From Pelagomonas calceolata (Eukaryota), in assembly GCA_918797485.1 (NCBI GenBank), contig CAKKNE010000002.1, positions 5,952,001 to 6,016,000 of the forward strand: 64,000 nt of DNA, read 5' to 3'. The number at the start of each line of letters is the position of its first letter. Within the stretch, counting starts at the first letter, position 1. The translations under genes and the position numbers were made by a program. Shown piece after piece: positions 21,561-33,700 of the stretch. The notes under the pieces are model-generated. The model worked only from the letters and a program-made list of their open reading frames with translations, did no database searches and was not told the DNA's origin.

Positions 21561-22347
21561 GGCTCGTGCTGGGTGCCTTTTTGGGCGTCTCGGGCCGCGT
21601 CGGGCCCCTTTTTGGGCGCGTTTTGCGCCGCGCTCGCGGGGCCGGTTTTGCCCTACGCCTCGAAGCGGTTCCCGGGGGCGCGCCCTGGCGCAGGGGGGCT
21701 GCGGCGGGCTGTGACGACGCGTCGGCGCGGCGGTGGCGTCCGGTGGCCGGCGTGCTTCGCGTATCCTTCAAGGTGCCGTAGAGCGGGATGGGGCGCGGCG
21801 GGGCGTCTTGGCGCGGCGCCGGTGTGCGCTGGCGTTTGGCGTGGGCGTCAGCTACCTTCTGAAGCACTCACACGTCGCCGTATGGCGGAGCGGCGCGTAG
21901 CGGGGGGTTTAATTGCCAGCACACCCTTGCACGGCTCTGCACTGCGCTAGTATGCTACTACACTGGCAGCGTAAACTCGACGACGAGCGGTCCACGCGAA
22001 CTTCATCGCGAAGGCGCGCCATCCGGGAACTTAATGCCTTAATACGAGGTAGCATGCTTTGGTACATTTGCGCGGGCCAGCGACGGCGCGCGGCGGCTCT
22101 AGTGGGCGGCGTGCGAAGCCGCAGTGGAGACTCACTGCAGAGGACTGTGAATACAGTAGCCGTCGCGAGACGATGATTTTGACGCGGGGGGTCACTCTGG
22201 CTTTCTATAGGGCTTGGCCCGGCTTGCGCACTTTACTTGGTCCGCGTTTTACACGGCAAAAACTTAGCAGGATGGTCAAAACGGCCAAAAACGCGATGTC
22301 GTGAGCGACACAGACATACCGCCTCACACGACAACAAATTACACAAA

Positions 22348-23244
22348 TCACCCCTCCCCATCATCATCATTGTCGCCGAACAACCCCTCCATCGTCACGC
22401 CGTCCGGCAGCGGCGGCGGTAGCGGCGGAGCAAGACACGCCGGCAAGCGGGGCTTCTTCTTCTTCTTCGCGGCGGGCGGCGGCGCCGCCGCCGGTCGTGC
22501 CCGCTTCGCCGCCGGAGCGGGCGCGACCGCCTTCTTCGAGGGCCGCGCCCCGACGGTGCCCCACCGGGGCCGCAGCGACGTGCCGGCCCTGGAGAACGTC
22601 GTCAGGCCGACGCGCGGCTGCAGGCGCCGCGGGACCTTCGGGCCGGGGTGGGGCGGCGGCGCCGGCTCGCGGGGCGGCGGCGGCGGCGGCGACACAGGCG
22701 CCGGCGCGGGCGGCGGCGGAGGCGCGGCGGCCTCTTCCTCGTCCCCGAAGAGGCTCTCCATCGTCGGCGCGGCCCGGCGCGGCGGCTGGAGGCAGCCCGG
22801 CAGCGCGGGCCGCCTCGACGGCGCCGCCACCTTGTCCACGCGCTGCCGCCGCTTCGGCGCCGGCTTCGGCCGCGGCTTTGGGACCGCGGGCTGCGGCTCG
22901 GGCGCCGGCGCCGTCGCGCCGTCGCGCGAGTCCGTGGCCGCGTAGAGCAGCGCGGGCGTCGTCCTGCGCCGCCGGCACAAAATCGCGTCCGCCGCCTCGC
23001 GCTGCTCCGAGTCCGCGCCGATGAGCGAGTCGAAGGCGCTCTCCACCGCGCCGTCGTCGCGCCAGCCATCCGCCGGCGGCGCTTGCGGCGCAGTCACCGG
23101 CGGCGCGAAGGCGGGCGTCGACCGGCGGGGAGCGCTCTCGACGGCGCCCGTCGCGGGGTCCCGCCAGGGCACGTTCAATTTCGCGTACAGTTCGCGCCAG
23201 GCGCCGAGGTCGCAGGGCGCGTCAACGGGGCCGGGTTCGGCCAT
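22348..23244 (-). CDS. Pro/Ala-rich hypothetical protein
   Basis: Open frame with coding-like composition; repeated (P/A)CLxPP...TME(S/G)LFGD motif. Confidence 0.6.
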   Translation of the reverse strand: MAEPGPVDAPCDLGAWRELYAKLNVPWRDPATGAVESAPRRSTPAFAPPVTAPQAPPADGWRDDGAVESAFDSLIGADSEQREAADAILCRRRRTTPALLYAATDSRDGATAPAPEPQPAVPKPRPKPAPKRRQRVDKVAAPSRRPALPGCLQPPRRAAPTMESLFGDEEEAAAPPPPPAPAPVSPPPPPPREPAPPPHPGPKVPRRLQPRVGLTTFSRAGTSLRPRWGTVGARPSKKAVAPAPAAKRARPAAAPPPAAKKKKKPRLPACLAPPLPPPLPDGVTMEGLFGDNDDDGEG

Positions 23245-23496
23245 GCTTATCGTCCGCGCGGCGTCATGGGTGCAGGGCAACCATGCTGCGCACCCTGGCT
23301 GCTGCACGGCCTTGGCGTCTGTCTGATCACCGCTGCTCTCTCTCTCGTTGCTTACCCGAGTTTATTGTCGACAGGCGAGCGGCGAGCTCTCGACGCAGCG
23401 CGGCAAGGCAAAAAACGCTTGCGTTACAGAGGTCTCGCGCCGTCGGCCGGGGATTCTCTAGCTCGACGTCGTCCAAAACGCTGCGAGCCAACTAGA

Positions 23497-23545
23497 GCTA
23501 GGCCTGGTAAGACACTAGCAGTCTAGTGTCTTACAGGCCGCTAGC
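23497..23545. promoter_or_regulatory. Inverted pair of the intergenic motif between divergent genes
   Basis: gtaagacactag (23507-23518) cagt ctagtgtcttac (23523-23534). Confidence 0.75.
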
Positions 23546-23785
23546 GTCAAAGACGTCAAAAAAGCAGCAGGGATCAGAGAGAGCAGAGGACGTCTTTCGG
23601 CTCCAGAGACAAGTACCAAAGCAACGCTGTGCGCGCGACCTGAGCTTCGCCCCGCTGATTTAACCTCTGGAGCAGTGCGCAGCAGCCTTCGCACGCACCA
23701 CGCCTGCCGGCGGCAGAGAGCAGGCCCTCACTGCTACACTGTTCTCACCAAATCCACGCCCTACGAGCAAAGCACACCTTCACGG

Positions 23786-24208
23786 ATGGGAGGCGCCACA
23801 GATGTCGTCCACCGGCGCTGCGGCGACCGGCCGTGCGAGGAGATGGACGACCGCGTCGTCGAGGAGCTTCGGGCATTCATATCGCAGCGCTACTCCAGCT
23901 TCATGACGTCGACGCTCACATTCCGGCATTTGAAGCAGCACCTCTCCGATACACTCGGCCTACCGTACGGGATGTTTTCGTTGCCCGACGGGCGATACGC
24001 GGACACGCTCGACGACGAGGTCGACGCGATTGCCGTGCGCTGCGACGGTGGTGCGAGGGACGTGGAGTGCGTGTCCCAACCAGGCTACGTGCCGCGGGAA
24101 CCGCGCCTGCGTGTGCACCACGTCGCGGGCTATGGCGTGCTCGTGCTCCTCGCGGTCGTGTTGTTTCGAAAACGGCCGCGACGACGAAGTGTCGATAAGG
24201 ATAAGTAG
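23786..24208 (+). CDS. Small hypothetical protein with C-terminal TM anchor (weak DEK-C-like helix); start uncertain
   Basis: Open frame; LTFRHLKQHLSDTLG; hydrophobic GYGVLVLLAVVLF followed by RKRPRRR. Confidence 0.5.
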   Translation: MGGATDVVHRRCGDRPCEEMDDRVVEELRAFISQRYSSFMTSTLTFRHLKQHLSDTLGLPYGMFSLPDGRYADTLDDEVDAIAVRCDGGARDVECVSQPGYVPREPRLRVHHVAGYGVLVLLAVVLFRKRPRRRSVDKDK

Positions 24209-24309
24209 TCAGCTTCGTTCTCCAATTCTCCAACGAAACCGAGAGTGATGCTCTGGTGCGGGATAGAGCGAGGGTGCGCGAGACCAGCCCCCTCGACCGT
24301 GCGGGTATC

Positions 24310-24440
24310 AGCGGAGCGCGAAGGCTCCCGCTCCCGGCCTTCCGCATGCGCCAGAGGTACACGCCCGATACAGTGGAATTTCCGCTGTCCGCGCCGCCCG
24401 CGGCGACGCCGACGCACGCGACCAGAATCGCGCGAAGCAT
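24310..24440 (-). pseudogene. N-terminal fragment of a secreted sulfotransferase-like gene
   Basis: Signal peptide MLRAILVACVGVAAGG then VYLWRMRKAGSGSLR (5'-PSB-loop-like KAG-S/T). Coding character is lost immediately afterwards. Confidence 0.5.
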
Positions 24441-24749
24441 CGTCCCTCGTCACAAACCAGCGACGCCCGACAAGTCTTCGGAGGGGAGAAGTAAACGTTG
24501 GTACGAGTGTTCTGGATCACCCCAGGACGACCCCGCAGGCTCGATAGAGGGCTGCTAGCAAACTGCTAAAAGAGCTCTGAAAGCTCACAGAAGGGCAGCA
24601 TCGTATCAAAACTGCTTCTCGCACGCGTATTGCGCCGACCCTGCATCGTAGCGGACTAACGGCAGCCATAGAACGCACGAGCAAAGGGCAGCATCGCATC
24701 AAACCGCTTCTCGCACGCGTAGTGACGCAACGCGCACCGGTCAAAGGGC

Positions 24750-27700
24750 ATGGCGGTGGGCAACAACCCCCAACCGGTCGACTTGCGGGGCGCCAGCCCC
24801 CGGCGGCCCCAGAAATCGCCGCCGACCGAACCGATCGTCGTCCACCAGCCCGCGGCGGTGGTCGCGGAGCGGGCGGTCCAGCTCGACCGGAACGCGGCGC
24901 CGTGGTTCGTCGGCGTCAGCGGCGAGCTGCTCCTGGACGCGCTCCACCACGTCGACGACCCGGCGCGCGTCTCGCCGGCGGCGCGCCGGACCGTTTTGCA
25001 GACGCTGAGCCTCCCGCGGCCCGGCTTCGTGCCGCCCGCCGACCGGGACGACGAGGCCGTCTGCCGACTCGCGGTGCGCCTCGCGCGGAGCTCGTGCGAC
25101 CCGGCGCAGCTCCTGAGGTGCGACGACGTCGCCGCGCTGAGCGCCAAACTCGGATCGGCGCACGATCGGGACGCGGTGCGCGAGGCGCGCCGATTGACGC
25201 GGCGCGCGGACGGCCTCCGCTTCGCTTTGGACGATAGGGCGGTCGACGCCGCGCGCGCGCGCGGCCCGGGCGTCGCGGTCGGCGCCGTGCACGCGCTCGC
25301 GGGCGGCCTCCACCAGGTCGCGCTGCGCCTCGACGTCGATAGGGCCGTATTCATGCGGGCGGCGCGCGCGTGCCTCGGCGCGCTCGCGATGCTCTGCGCG
25401 CCGCCCGTCGACGAGGCCGCGACGGCGTTCCTGACGGACCCGCTCGGCGCCTTCCTGGCCAAGGCGCTCGCGGAGGGGGACGCGGCGCCCGTCCGCGCGC
25501 CGACGGCGCGCCTGCTGCGCCGGCTCGCGACGCACGAGACCGCGCTGGCGTCGTTGGTGGGCGGCCACCGCGCGTCCGTGCTCGAGGCCGCCGTGCGGTG
25601 GCTGCCGGAGCCGGGCCCGGCGGAGAGCCGGAGGGACTTCGCCCGCTTCCTCTGGACCGTGGCCCAGCGCAAGGAGCGCGCGCTGACGCTCGCGACACCG
25701 CAGCACCTCGTCCCGATCCTCGCGCGGATCAAGGACGCGGCGGACGACGACGCGATCCGCGAGGACTGCTGCGGCGCCCTGGCGGCCGTGACCGTCCACA
25801 GGGACGCCCTCGCGCGCTTGTTCGCCTTTCACCAGAAATCTGGGAAACGGCGTTTAATAGACGAGGTGCTCGACGTGCTGCAGCCGACGCTGGGCGCGGC
25901 CTTCGGCGAACTCCACACCGGAGAGGAGGGCGCGGCGCCGTTCCGCGCGGCGCTCAGCGGCGCCGCGAACCTGTGCTTCGTCGCGATCGTGTGCGGGCGG
26001 GCGGACGGGCGCGACACGCAGCACCACGCGCACGCGCTCAAGCGGCGCCTCGCGACGCGCGTGGAGCGGGCGCTGGCGGGCGTCGAGGTCGGGCGCGCCT
26101 TCCACTTCAGCGCGGAGCGGGTGCGGCGGCCCGACCTCGAGGACCAGCGCGCGCGCTACCACGCCACGCGCCTGTTGTGGGGCGTGCTGCGGCTGCGGGT
26201 GCTGCCCGGCGACGCCGAGCTCGAGGCGCACGACGCCGCGGCCCGGGAGGCGGCGAGCCCGGACCGGGACCGGCGGCTGGACGAGGCGCGGCGCGCGCTC
26301 CACGGGGTGGCCTCGGGGCACGCGTACGGCGACCTGCGCGACGCCGGCCTGGACTCCCTGGCCAAGGCGACGCGCGCCCTGGACGTGGCGCGCTGCAGCG
26401 CGGGCGTGGCCCGGCCGGACACGCCGGCCGCGGACCTGGGGCGGCACCAGATCCAGGACCTGCTGCGGGTCGTCGTCGACGAGACGTTCCGAGAGGACGA
26501 GGAGCCCATCCGGTGCTTCGCGGCCTGGACTCTCGCGCACTACACGCTGCGGAAGAACGACTTGGCGCACGTGGCGAACCAGGACGCCTTCGCGCGCCTG
26601 GCGTCGCTCGTCGTCGACGGCGACCTCGTCGGCGCCGTCTCGAGGAAGGCCAAGGCCGGCGACCTCGAGGCGAACGACTACGCGCTCCTCACCGTGAGGC
26701 TCGTGGCGCGCACCCTGAAGAACCTGGCCGGCCACGAGCTCACGGCGGCGCTCGCGGCGGACGGCGCGACGAAGCGCGACGAGAGCTCCGGGGAACTGCG
26801 GGCGCTCAACAGGTTGGTGAGCGTGGGCTGGGATCTGGTGGGCCGGGTCCCGGACCGGCCGAAGTTAAGGAGGTTTCTCCTCCGGGGACACCTGGCCGAG
26901 GAGCTCGCGGCCTGCGACGCCGACGGTCCGTGCTATCGATGCACGCCCTACGCGATCGCGGGCGCCGGCCGGGACCGGCGGCGCGCGGAGGCGCCCGAGC
27001 TGGCGGTACGCGCCGAAGTCGGCGACGTCGTGAGCGGCGAGGCCGCGGACAACATCAGCGTGCTGGACGAGGCCGCCCAGGCGCTCGAGCGCCTGGCGGC
27101 GCACAAGCGCGCCCGCGAGGAGTTCGCCTCGCACGGCGTGCTCCAGAACGTCGTGGCGCTGGCGCTCGCGGGGAACGCCGGCCCGCACGCGAGCCGGCCG
27201 GGACGGTACAAGTTCGACGCGGCCGTGGCGTTCGAGGCGCTGATGGACGCGCCGCGCGAGACCTTCCAGCGCGTCGTGACGCTCGCGCCCGACGCGCGCG
27301 GGAAGCACCGGGCGCGCTGGCTCGTCGGGGACGTCGCGCGGCTCGTCGTCCAGACGCTCGAGGACGGCGAGGCGCGGCCGGCGCGCCTCGCGCTGCAGCT
27401 CTGCGCGCGGCTCGTGGCGCACGACTACGCCGACGGCGCGGACGCGCGGCCCCACGGGAACGACGTCGTCGACGCGGGCGAGTCCGACGACGACGACGCG
27501 GCGCACCGACTCCGCGAAGGCGACCAGGTCCTGGTGTACGCCGCCAAGCTCTGGGAGGGGCCGCGCAGCGGCCGGTGCGTGGGCGCGCGGGGCGACCGCG
27601 TCGACGTGCGGATGGACCGGGGCGGCGCGTTCGCCGACGTGCCGGTCGTCGCGGAGGCACCGTTGAAAGGAGAGGCGCCCGTCGCGCGCCCGGCGACGGC

Positions 27701-30700
27701 GGCTCCGGAAAGGGACTGCGCGAGCCTGTTCCTGCACCTCGCGCGGCTCCACGAGCGCCTGGGCCGCGCCCTGGGGAAGCAGGACCCGGAGGACGCGCGG
27801 ACGCTCGGCGCGACGTGCGACTTCGTCGAGGCCCTGGCCGAGACGGCGAAGCGCTACCTCGCGCTCGGCCACGCGCGCGAGGCCCGCGCGGTCTTCGAGG
27901 CCGTGGCGCCCCTGTGCACGCGGCAGCTCGCCCGGCTCGCGCCGGGCCCCTGCGACGCGACGAGCGGGACGGTGCCCCTGTACCTGCGCCTGCTCGCCGC
28001 CGGGCACACGGAGCCCCACGTCAAGCGGCACGCGCTGCGGGCCGTCGACGCGTGCCTCCTCCGCCGCGCGCTGCCGTCGTCCGACGTCCAGGGGAAGGTC
28101 GTGCTGATGGCCGAGTTCGGCCTCAGCAGGGAGGACGCCAGCCAAGCGCTCCACGACGCCGGCGGCGACCTCGAGCGGGCCCGGGCGGCGCCGGCGCCCG
28201 TCGAGGCGACGCGGACGCCCGCGACGCCGCGCAGAAAGACGAGCACGGCCGACGCGGAGTACCTGGCGTCCTTGTTCCGGGCGCTGCTCCGCGTCGAGGA
28301 GCTCGCGCGCGCGCGCGACGACTCGCGCCGGACGCGCGCGCTCGCGGGCGAGCAGGCTCGGCTCGCCGGCATGGTCTCGGACGACACGCTCCGCGCGTAC
28401 CACGACCGCGCCGCGTCGTTCCGGCCGACGCGGTCGGGCCTCGCGCGCCTCGGCGACGGGTCGTCGCGCGCGTCGTCGTTCCGGTCCGGGCGCCTGGCGT
28501 CCACGCCGCAGTCGCGCTCCGCGCCGGGGACGCCCTGGACGCCGCAGCGCCAGCGCGACGCGGAGACGCGGGGGCGCGCGGGCGTCGTCGACACGCTGCT
28601 GTACGGGGCCCTCGCGGAGCGGTCCGACGCGCGCGACGGGAAGGAGACGGATCTCGGGCCCGTGCACGCGCTGCTGCGGCGCGCGTGCTGCGCGGTCGTG
28701 GAGGCGTCCATCGCCGCGGTGGCGGACGCGGCGCCGCCGGCCTCGAAGAAATTTTTCAAGGGGGACGCGGTGCTCGCGGACTGGAACGGCCGCGGCACGT
28801 ACTACCCGGGCACGATCGTCGCGACGAAGGGCACGGCGTACGACGTGCGGTACGCGGACCGGGAGACGGAACGTAACGTCACGCACGCGCGCATCCGGCG
28901 CAGGGGCGACGCGCGCCTGAGCACGCGCGAGCACGAGTTCCGGCGAGGCGACCGCGCGCACGGCGCGGCCGACGCGGAGGCCCGGGAGGCGTGCCGCGGC
29001 GCGCTGCGAGCCCTCGCGGAGCTCGGGGCGCGCCGCCTCGCGGCGCAGGGGCACGCGAGCGACGCGCGGCCGACGGAGACGCCGGCGTTCGCCCGGGCGC
29101 TCGTCACGTGCCTCAAGTGCCACCCGGCCTGCGGCGGCTCCGACCGGTTGCTGGCGGTCGAGGCGTGCGGCCTCGCGCCGCGGCTCTGCGCGGACCTGAA
29201 CCAGCGCCTGGGCCTCGTCTTCCCCGCCGCGGGCGGGGCCGACGCGGCGTCGGGCGTCCTGCCCCCGCTCGCGGCCCTCGCGGCGGCGGAGGACGTCGCG
29301 GCGGCGGCGGCGGCCGCGCGGTGCCTCCGCATCGTCGTCGAGAACTCGACGGCGTGCCGCGAGGCGCTCGTGGCGCACGGCGGCGTGCGCGCGTTGGTCG
29401 TGGCGTACGCGCGCGGCGACGCGCGGTGCCGGGCCGACGTCATGGACGCGCTCGCGGCGCTCGCGCTGACGGCGAAGTCCCTCGCGGAACTCAAGACCGA
29501 CTCGGCGGCGCTGCTGCTCCTGCTGCGGTTCAAGGCCGCGGCGGCGAGCTCGACGAGCGAGGCGTCGGCGCAGACGACGGCGCACGCGGAGCGCGCGCTC
29601 GGCCACATCGCGGCCTCGCCCGCCCTCGTTTTCGTGTACGCGCTCCAGACGTGTGCCAAGCAGGTCGACAAGTTCCAGCGGCCCTGGGTCAAGGACGCCC
29701 GGCGCGGGTGGGTCCTCGCCGACGCGCCGGACCGGGACGCCTCGGTGGGCGTCGGTCTCCTGCGTCCGGGCATCGACGACTTGCTGCGCCTCGCGTGCAA
29801 CGGCGTCGAGGCCGAGGCGCGCCACGGCGGCGCCGCGGACGTCCTCGTGAGTCACGGCGCCCTGAAGCTGCTCGACGACATCATAAAAGTAAGGGACGCG
29901 GCCGTCGTCGCGACGGTCGCCGGCGCGCTCGCCTCGCTGCTGCAGCAGGTCGGGTCGAGGCCGTGCGACGACGCGACGCGCGACACGTGCAAGGACGTCG
30001 CCGACCGCCTGCTGTCGCTGGTCTGGCCGCTGTCGCACCGCGCCGCGCGGACGGTGCAGCAGGCCTTCATGCGGAAGCGCCACAACCAGAACTGGGGCGG
30101 CTGCGCGCTCGTCGTGGCGACGCCGCGCCTCGTCGGGCTGCTGGCCCTGGCGCTGGAGCGGGCGGACCTGCACCTGGACCTGGGCCTGTACCTCGTGCGG
30201 CGGGGCGCGCTCGACGCGCTGGCCGCGCGCCTGGCCCCCGACGGCCACGCGCGCGACGAGGTCTTCGGCGCGCGCGTCGACGACTCGCACCTGGGACTTG
30301 GCGATAGGCACGCGGCGGCGGACGCGGTCCGGGCGTCCGTCGGCGCGGCGCCGCGCCACCTGCCGCCCGTCGTCCAGGTCCTGTCGGCGCTCGCGCGCCT
30401 CGCCGTGCACGCGCCGCCGCACGCCCCCGCCGGGAACGTGGCGCGGTCCCTGTCCATCGTGGGCGCCTTCCACCGGAGCCCGCGGTGCCGGCACCTCGCG
30501 ACGCTCGCGCTGCGGCGGCTGCGGCCGCAGGCCGCGACGCGGGGCGACACGTTCTTCGGGCTGCGGGCCGGCGACGAGCGCCCGACGCCGCCGCACCCGC
30601 GGACGTGGAGCGACGACGACGCCGCGACGTGGCTCGGGGCCGTCGGCTTCGGGGCCGTCGGCGCGGCGCTGCGCGCCTATCTCGCGGACGTCCGGGACGA

Positions 30701-33700
30701 GCGCGAGACGACGCGCAAGCGCGCGGGCCGCATCATGGCCACGAAGCGCGAGCGGCGCGCGGCGCTGCTCCGCCGCAGCCGCGCGTCGATCGACGCGGAC
30801 CTCGGCGCCGGCGCGCTCCTGCTGCGCCTGGCGGCGCGGGACGTCGACGCCGCCGGCGCGCTCGGCGCGCACGTGGCGAAAGCGGGCGTCCACCTCGACG
30901 TCGAGGCCTTCTGCGCGGAGCTGCGGGAGCTCCACCTGCGCGGGCGCGAGGCCGAGGTCCGCTTCGGCCAGTCCATCCGGTTGCCGCGCGCGCTGCTCGA
31001 CGAGGAGGCCGAGGCGACCGACGACCACGCGAACGGCATCGTCGTGCTGTCGGCGGCGCACGTGAGGCGGTACCGGGCGCTCGTCGCCGAGGCGGAGCAC
31101 GTCCTCCGTCGGTGCGCCGACGGCACGGACCGCAAGGAGGTCGACGACCTGACGGTCCGCGTCCTGAGCTGCGCCAAGCAGGCGCTGGACACGTTCGACG
31201 AGAACGACGACGGCGCCGCGCGCCGCGCGGCCCGCGAGGCGGTCAGCGTGGCCAAGGACGTGCGCGACGCGGTGGCGCTCCACCGCGTCAAGGTCCGAGC
31301 GACGACGGGGGGCGAAGACACGCTCTGGTACGAGCTCTCGGCGCACACGACGCTCCAGTGGTTCAAGGACAACCGGGAGCGCAGCCGCCGCATCACGGGC
31401 GGCGACGACGTGTGCCTCTGGCCCTCGGACGGCGCCGGCCCGGAGGCCGCGCGCGCGCGCATGCACCGCCGGAGCAAGCGGACGCCCGAGTCGATGCTCC
31501 AGAAGTACGCGGCGATCCGGGCCGTGGACGCGCGCGGCCTCGCGCACTGCTTCGAGGTGCGCATCGTGAACCCGGACGCGCTCGGCGAGGACAAAATCAC
31601 GGCGCTGATGGGCGCCGCGCGCGACTCGGACATCGACACGGTCAAGCTGCTCTACGACGGCGTCGACGCCTGTGTGGAAATCAACCAGTGCGTCGGGTGC
31701 ACCCGACAATTCTTCATTAAGTCATTTTTCGGCGATGACGCGGCCGTCCTGGCTCCGTCGAGCGGTGAGGAACCGGTATCACCACGCCATCGAGCAGGCG
31801 TCGCGTCGATGGCGTGGAGGACGACGCGACGGTTCAGCACGAACCCGCCGTAAAATTTTGATTTCCACACAGGTCGACGCCGAGGTGCAGGAGGCGCGGC
31901 GGGGCGACGCGCCGACGCAGCGGGACGCCCGCTATGCCTGCCTCCCCTGGCCGGCGCGGCCCGACGCGTGGGACGCCACCGGCAAGACGGCGCTCCACCA
32001 TGCGCTCCTGGCGGTGCGCGCGTCCGTCGACGTGTCGTTCGAAGCGACGGCGGCGGCCGTCGACGTGGCGCGACTCCTGCTGGACCGCGTCGGCGACGCC
32101 GACGCCTACGAGTTTGGCGCCGACGTGACCACATTCATGGCCGGGGACGTGCCGGACGACCTGGTGCCTCGACCCCTGGTGATATGCGGCTCCGCCACGT
32201 TCGAGGGCATCACGTTCGAGGACGCGAACCGACCCACGGCCAGGGAGAGCTTCCGGGACGCGATCGGGGGCGTCGTCGGGCGGGAGGTGGAACATCTGTC
32301 GCTCGCGCGCGTGGCGGCGGACGGCGTGGTCGTCGCCTTCGGGATCGGCGCGACGGCCGACGAGCTCGCGGCGGCGGCGCCCGGGGCGAAGAGCTCGTCC
32401 TGGGGCTCGGCCATCGGCGCGTCGCCGCTGGCCTTCGGGGGGTCCGACGTCCAGCCCTGGATCGCGGCCGTCGCGTCCAAGCTGCGAGCGGCCGAGGACG
32501 ACCCGTCCCTCCTCGACAACGCCCTCGCCGCGGCGAGTACCAGCTGCGGCTTGTATACAACATTCGCCAAGGTCAAGACGACGAGCATGGACCTCAAATC
32601 GACGACGGCCGCGGCGATCGCCGTCGAGAGCTACGGGGCGGCGGTCGCGAGGGGCACCGCCGGCCTCGGCGGCGAGGCGGACGCGCCGAGGGACGAGAGG
32701 GTCAAGCTCCTGGACGGCCTGCTGGCGCACATGTTCGCGCGCGGGATAGCGCTCACGCCGGAGGCCGTCGCGCTCGCCCGGAAGCAAGGCCTGCTCGAGC
32801 GGATTCGCTACGTGTACGTGGAGCACGTCCGCGACCGCGACGCCCTCAAGGAGATGCTGGTCGCGCGGACGGACGTCTTCCTGCGGAGCGGGCCGCCCGC
32901 CGAGGGAGAAGATCCGGTCGCGGAGTGGGAGCGTCCCGTCTTCAAGTGCAAGAACCTCCAGGACGCCTCGAAGAAGATGTGGGACGAGCGGCACCGGTTC
33001 CTGAACAACCAGAAGATCTTCCGCTACCTGCTCTTCATGATGATGGTGCTGGTGGTGGCGTTCTTCTGGGTGGGCATGGACTTCGTGTTTCTGTCGCGGG
33101 ACGGCGCGCAGCAGGCCGTGGCGATGCGCTTCGTCGACGAGGAGTGGTCGCCCGGGAACACGTTCATGGAGCTGGCGACGCCGGGCGACTGGTGGGCCTG
33201 GGCGGAGGGGCCGCTGCTGGACGCGCTCTACGAGGACCCGCTGCCGGTGTGGGACGGCCGGGGGCGGCCCCGCGCGGCGGCGGCGGCGCAGCGGCGCTTC
33301 CCCCTGCTCGGGGGCCTGGGCACGGCCGTCGGCGCGCCGCGTTTGCGCATGCTTGCCACGAAGCCGGGCAAGAGCGGGCCTACCGGCGCCTGCGGCTACG
33401 GCCGGCTGCCGGGCGCGAAGAGCGACCGGGCGCGCCTGGCGGATCCCAAGGAGGAAAGTTTCTGCTTCAGCTACTACTCCGAAAAGACGGAGCTCAAGAA
33501 AGACCTACGCGCGACCGACGCCCGCGTCGGGAAAGCGCTCGAGCACCGAAAAACCGGGGAAGGGTCGTGGCAGGGGTGGCGCTGGCGGGCGCCCAAGGTC
33601 TACGGCTACCAAAAGGACCTGTTCCACGGCTACCCGGGAGCCGGGGGCTACCTCGCGCACTTTCCCCGCGACCCCGAGGCCGGAGCGGCGCTCGTCGAAG

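Noticed and set aside
26865..31709. Very long antisense/alternate-frame ORFs (e.g. 26865-31709-, 45506-49621+, 25370-28876+)
   Set aside because: Shadow ORFs of GC-rich genes with stop-poor codon usage; Arg/Ala/Gly-rich with no motifs.
31670..31853. Recurring peptide CVEINQCVGCTRQFF...AWRTTRRFSTN in several ORFs as a shared protein domain
   Set aside because: It is the translation of the introner sequence, bounded by TIR/TSD.
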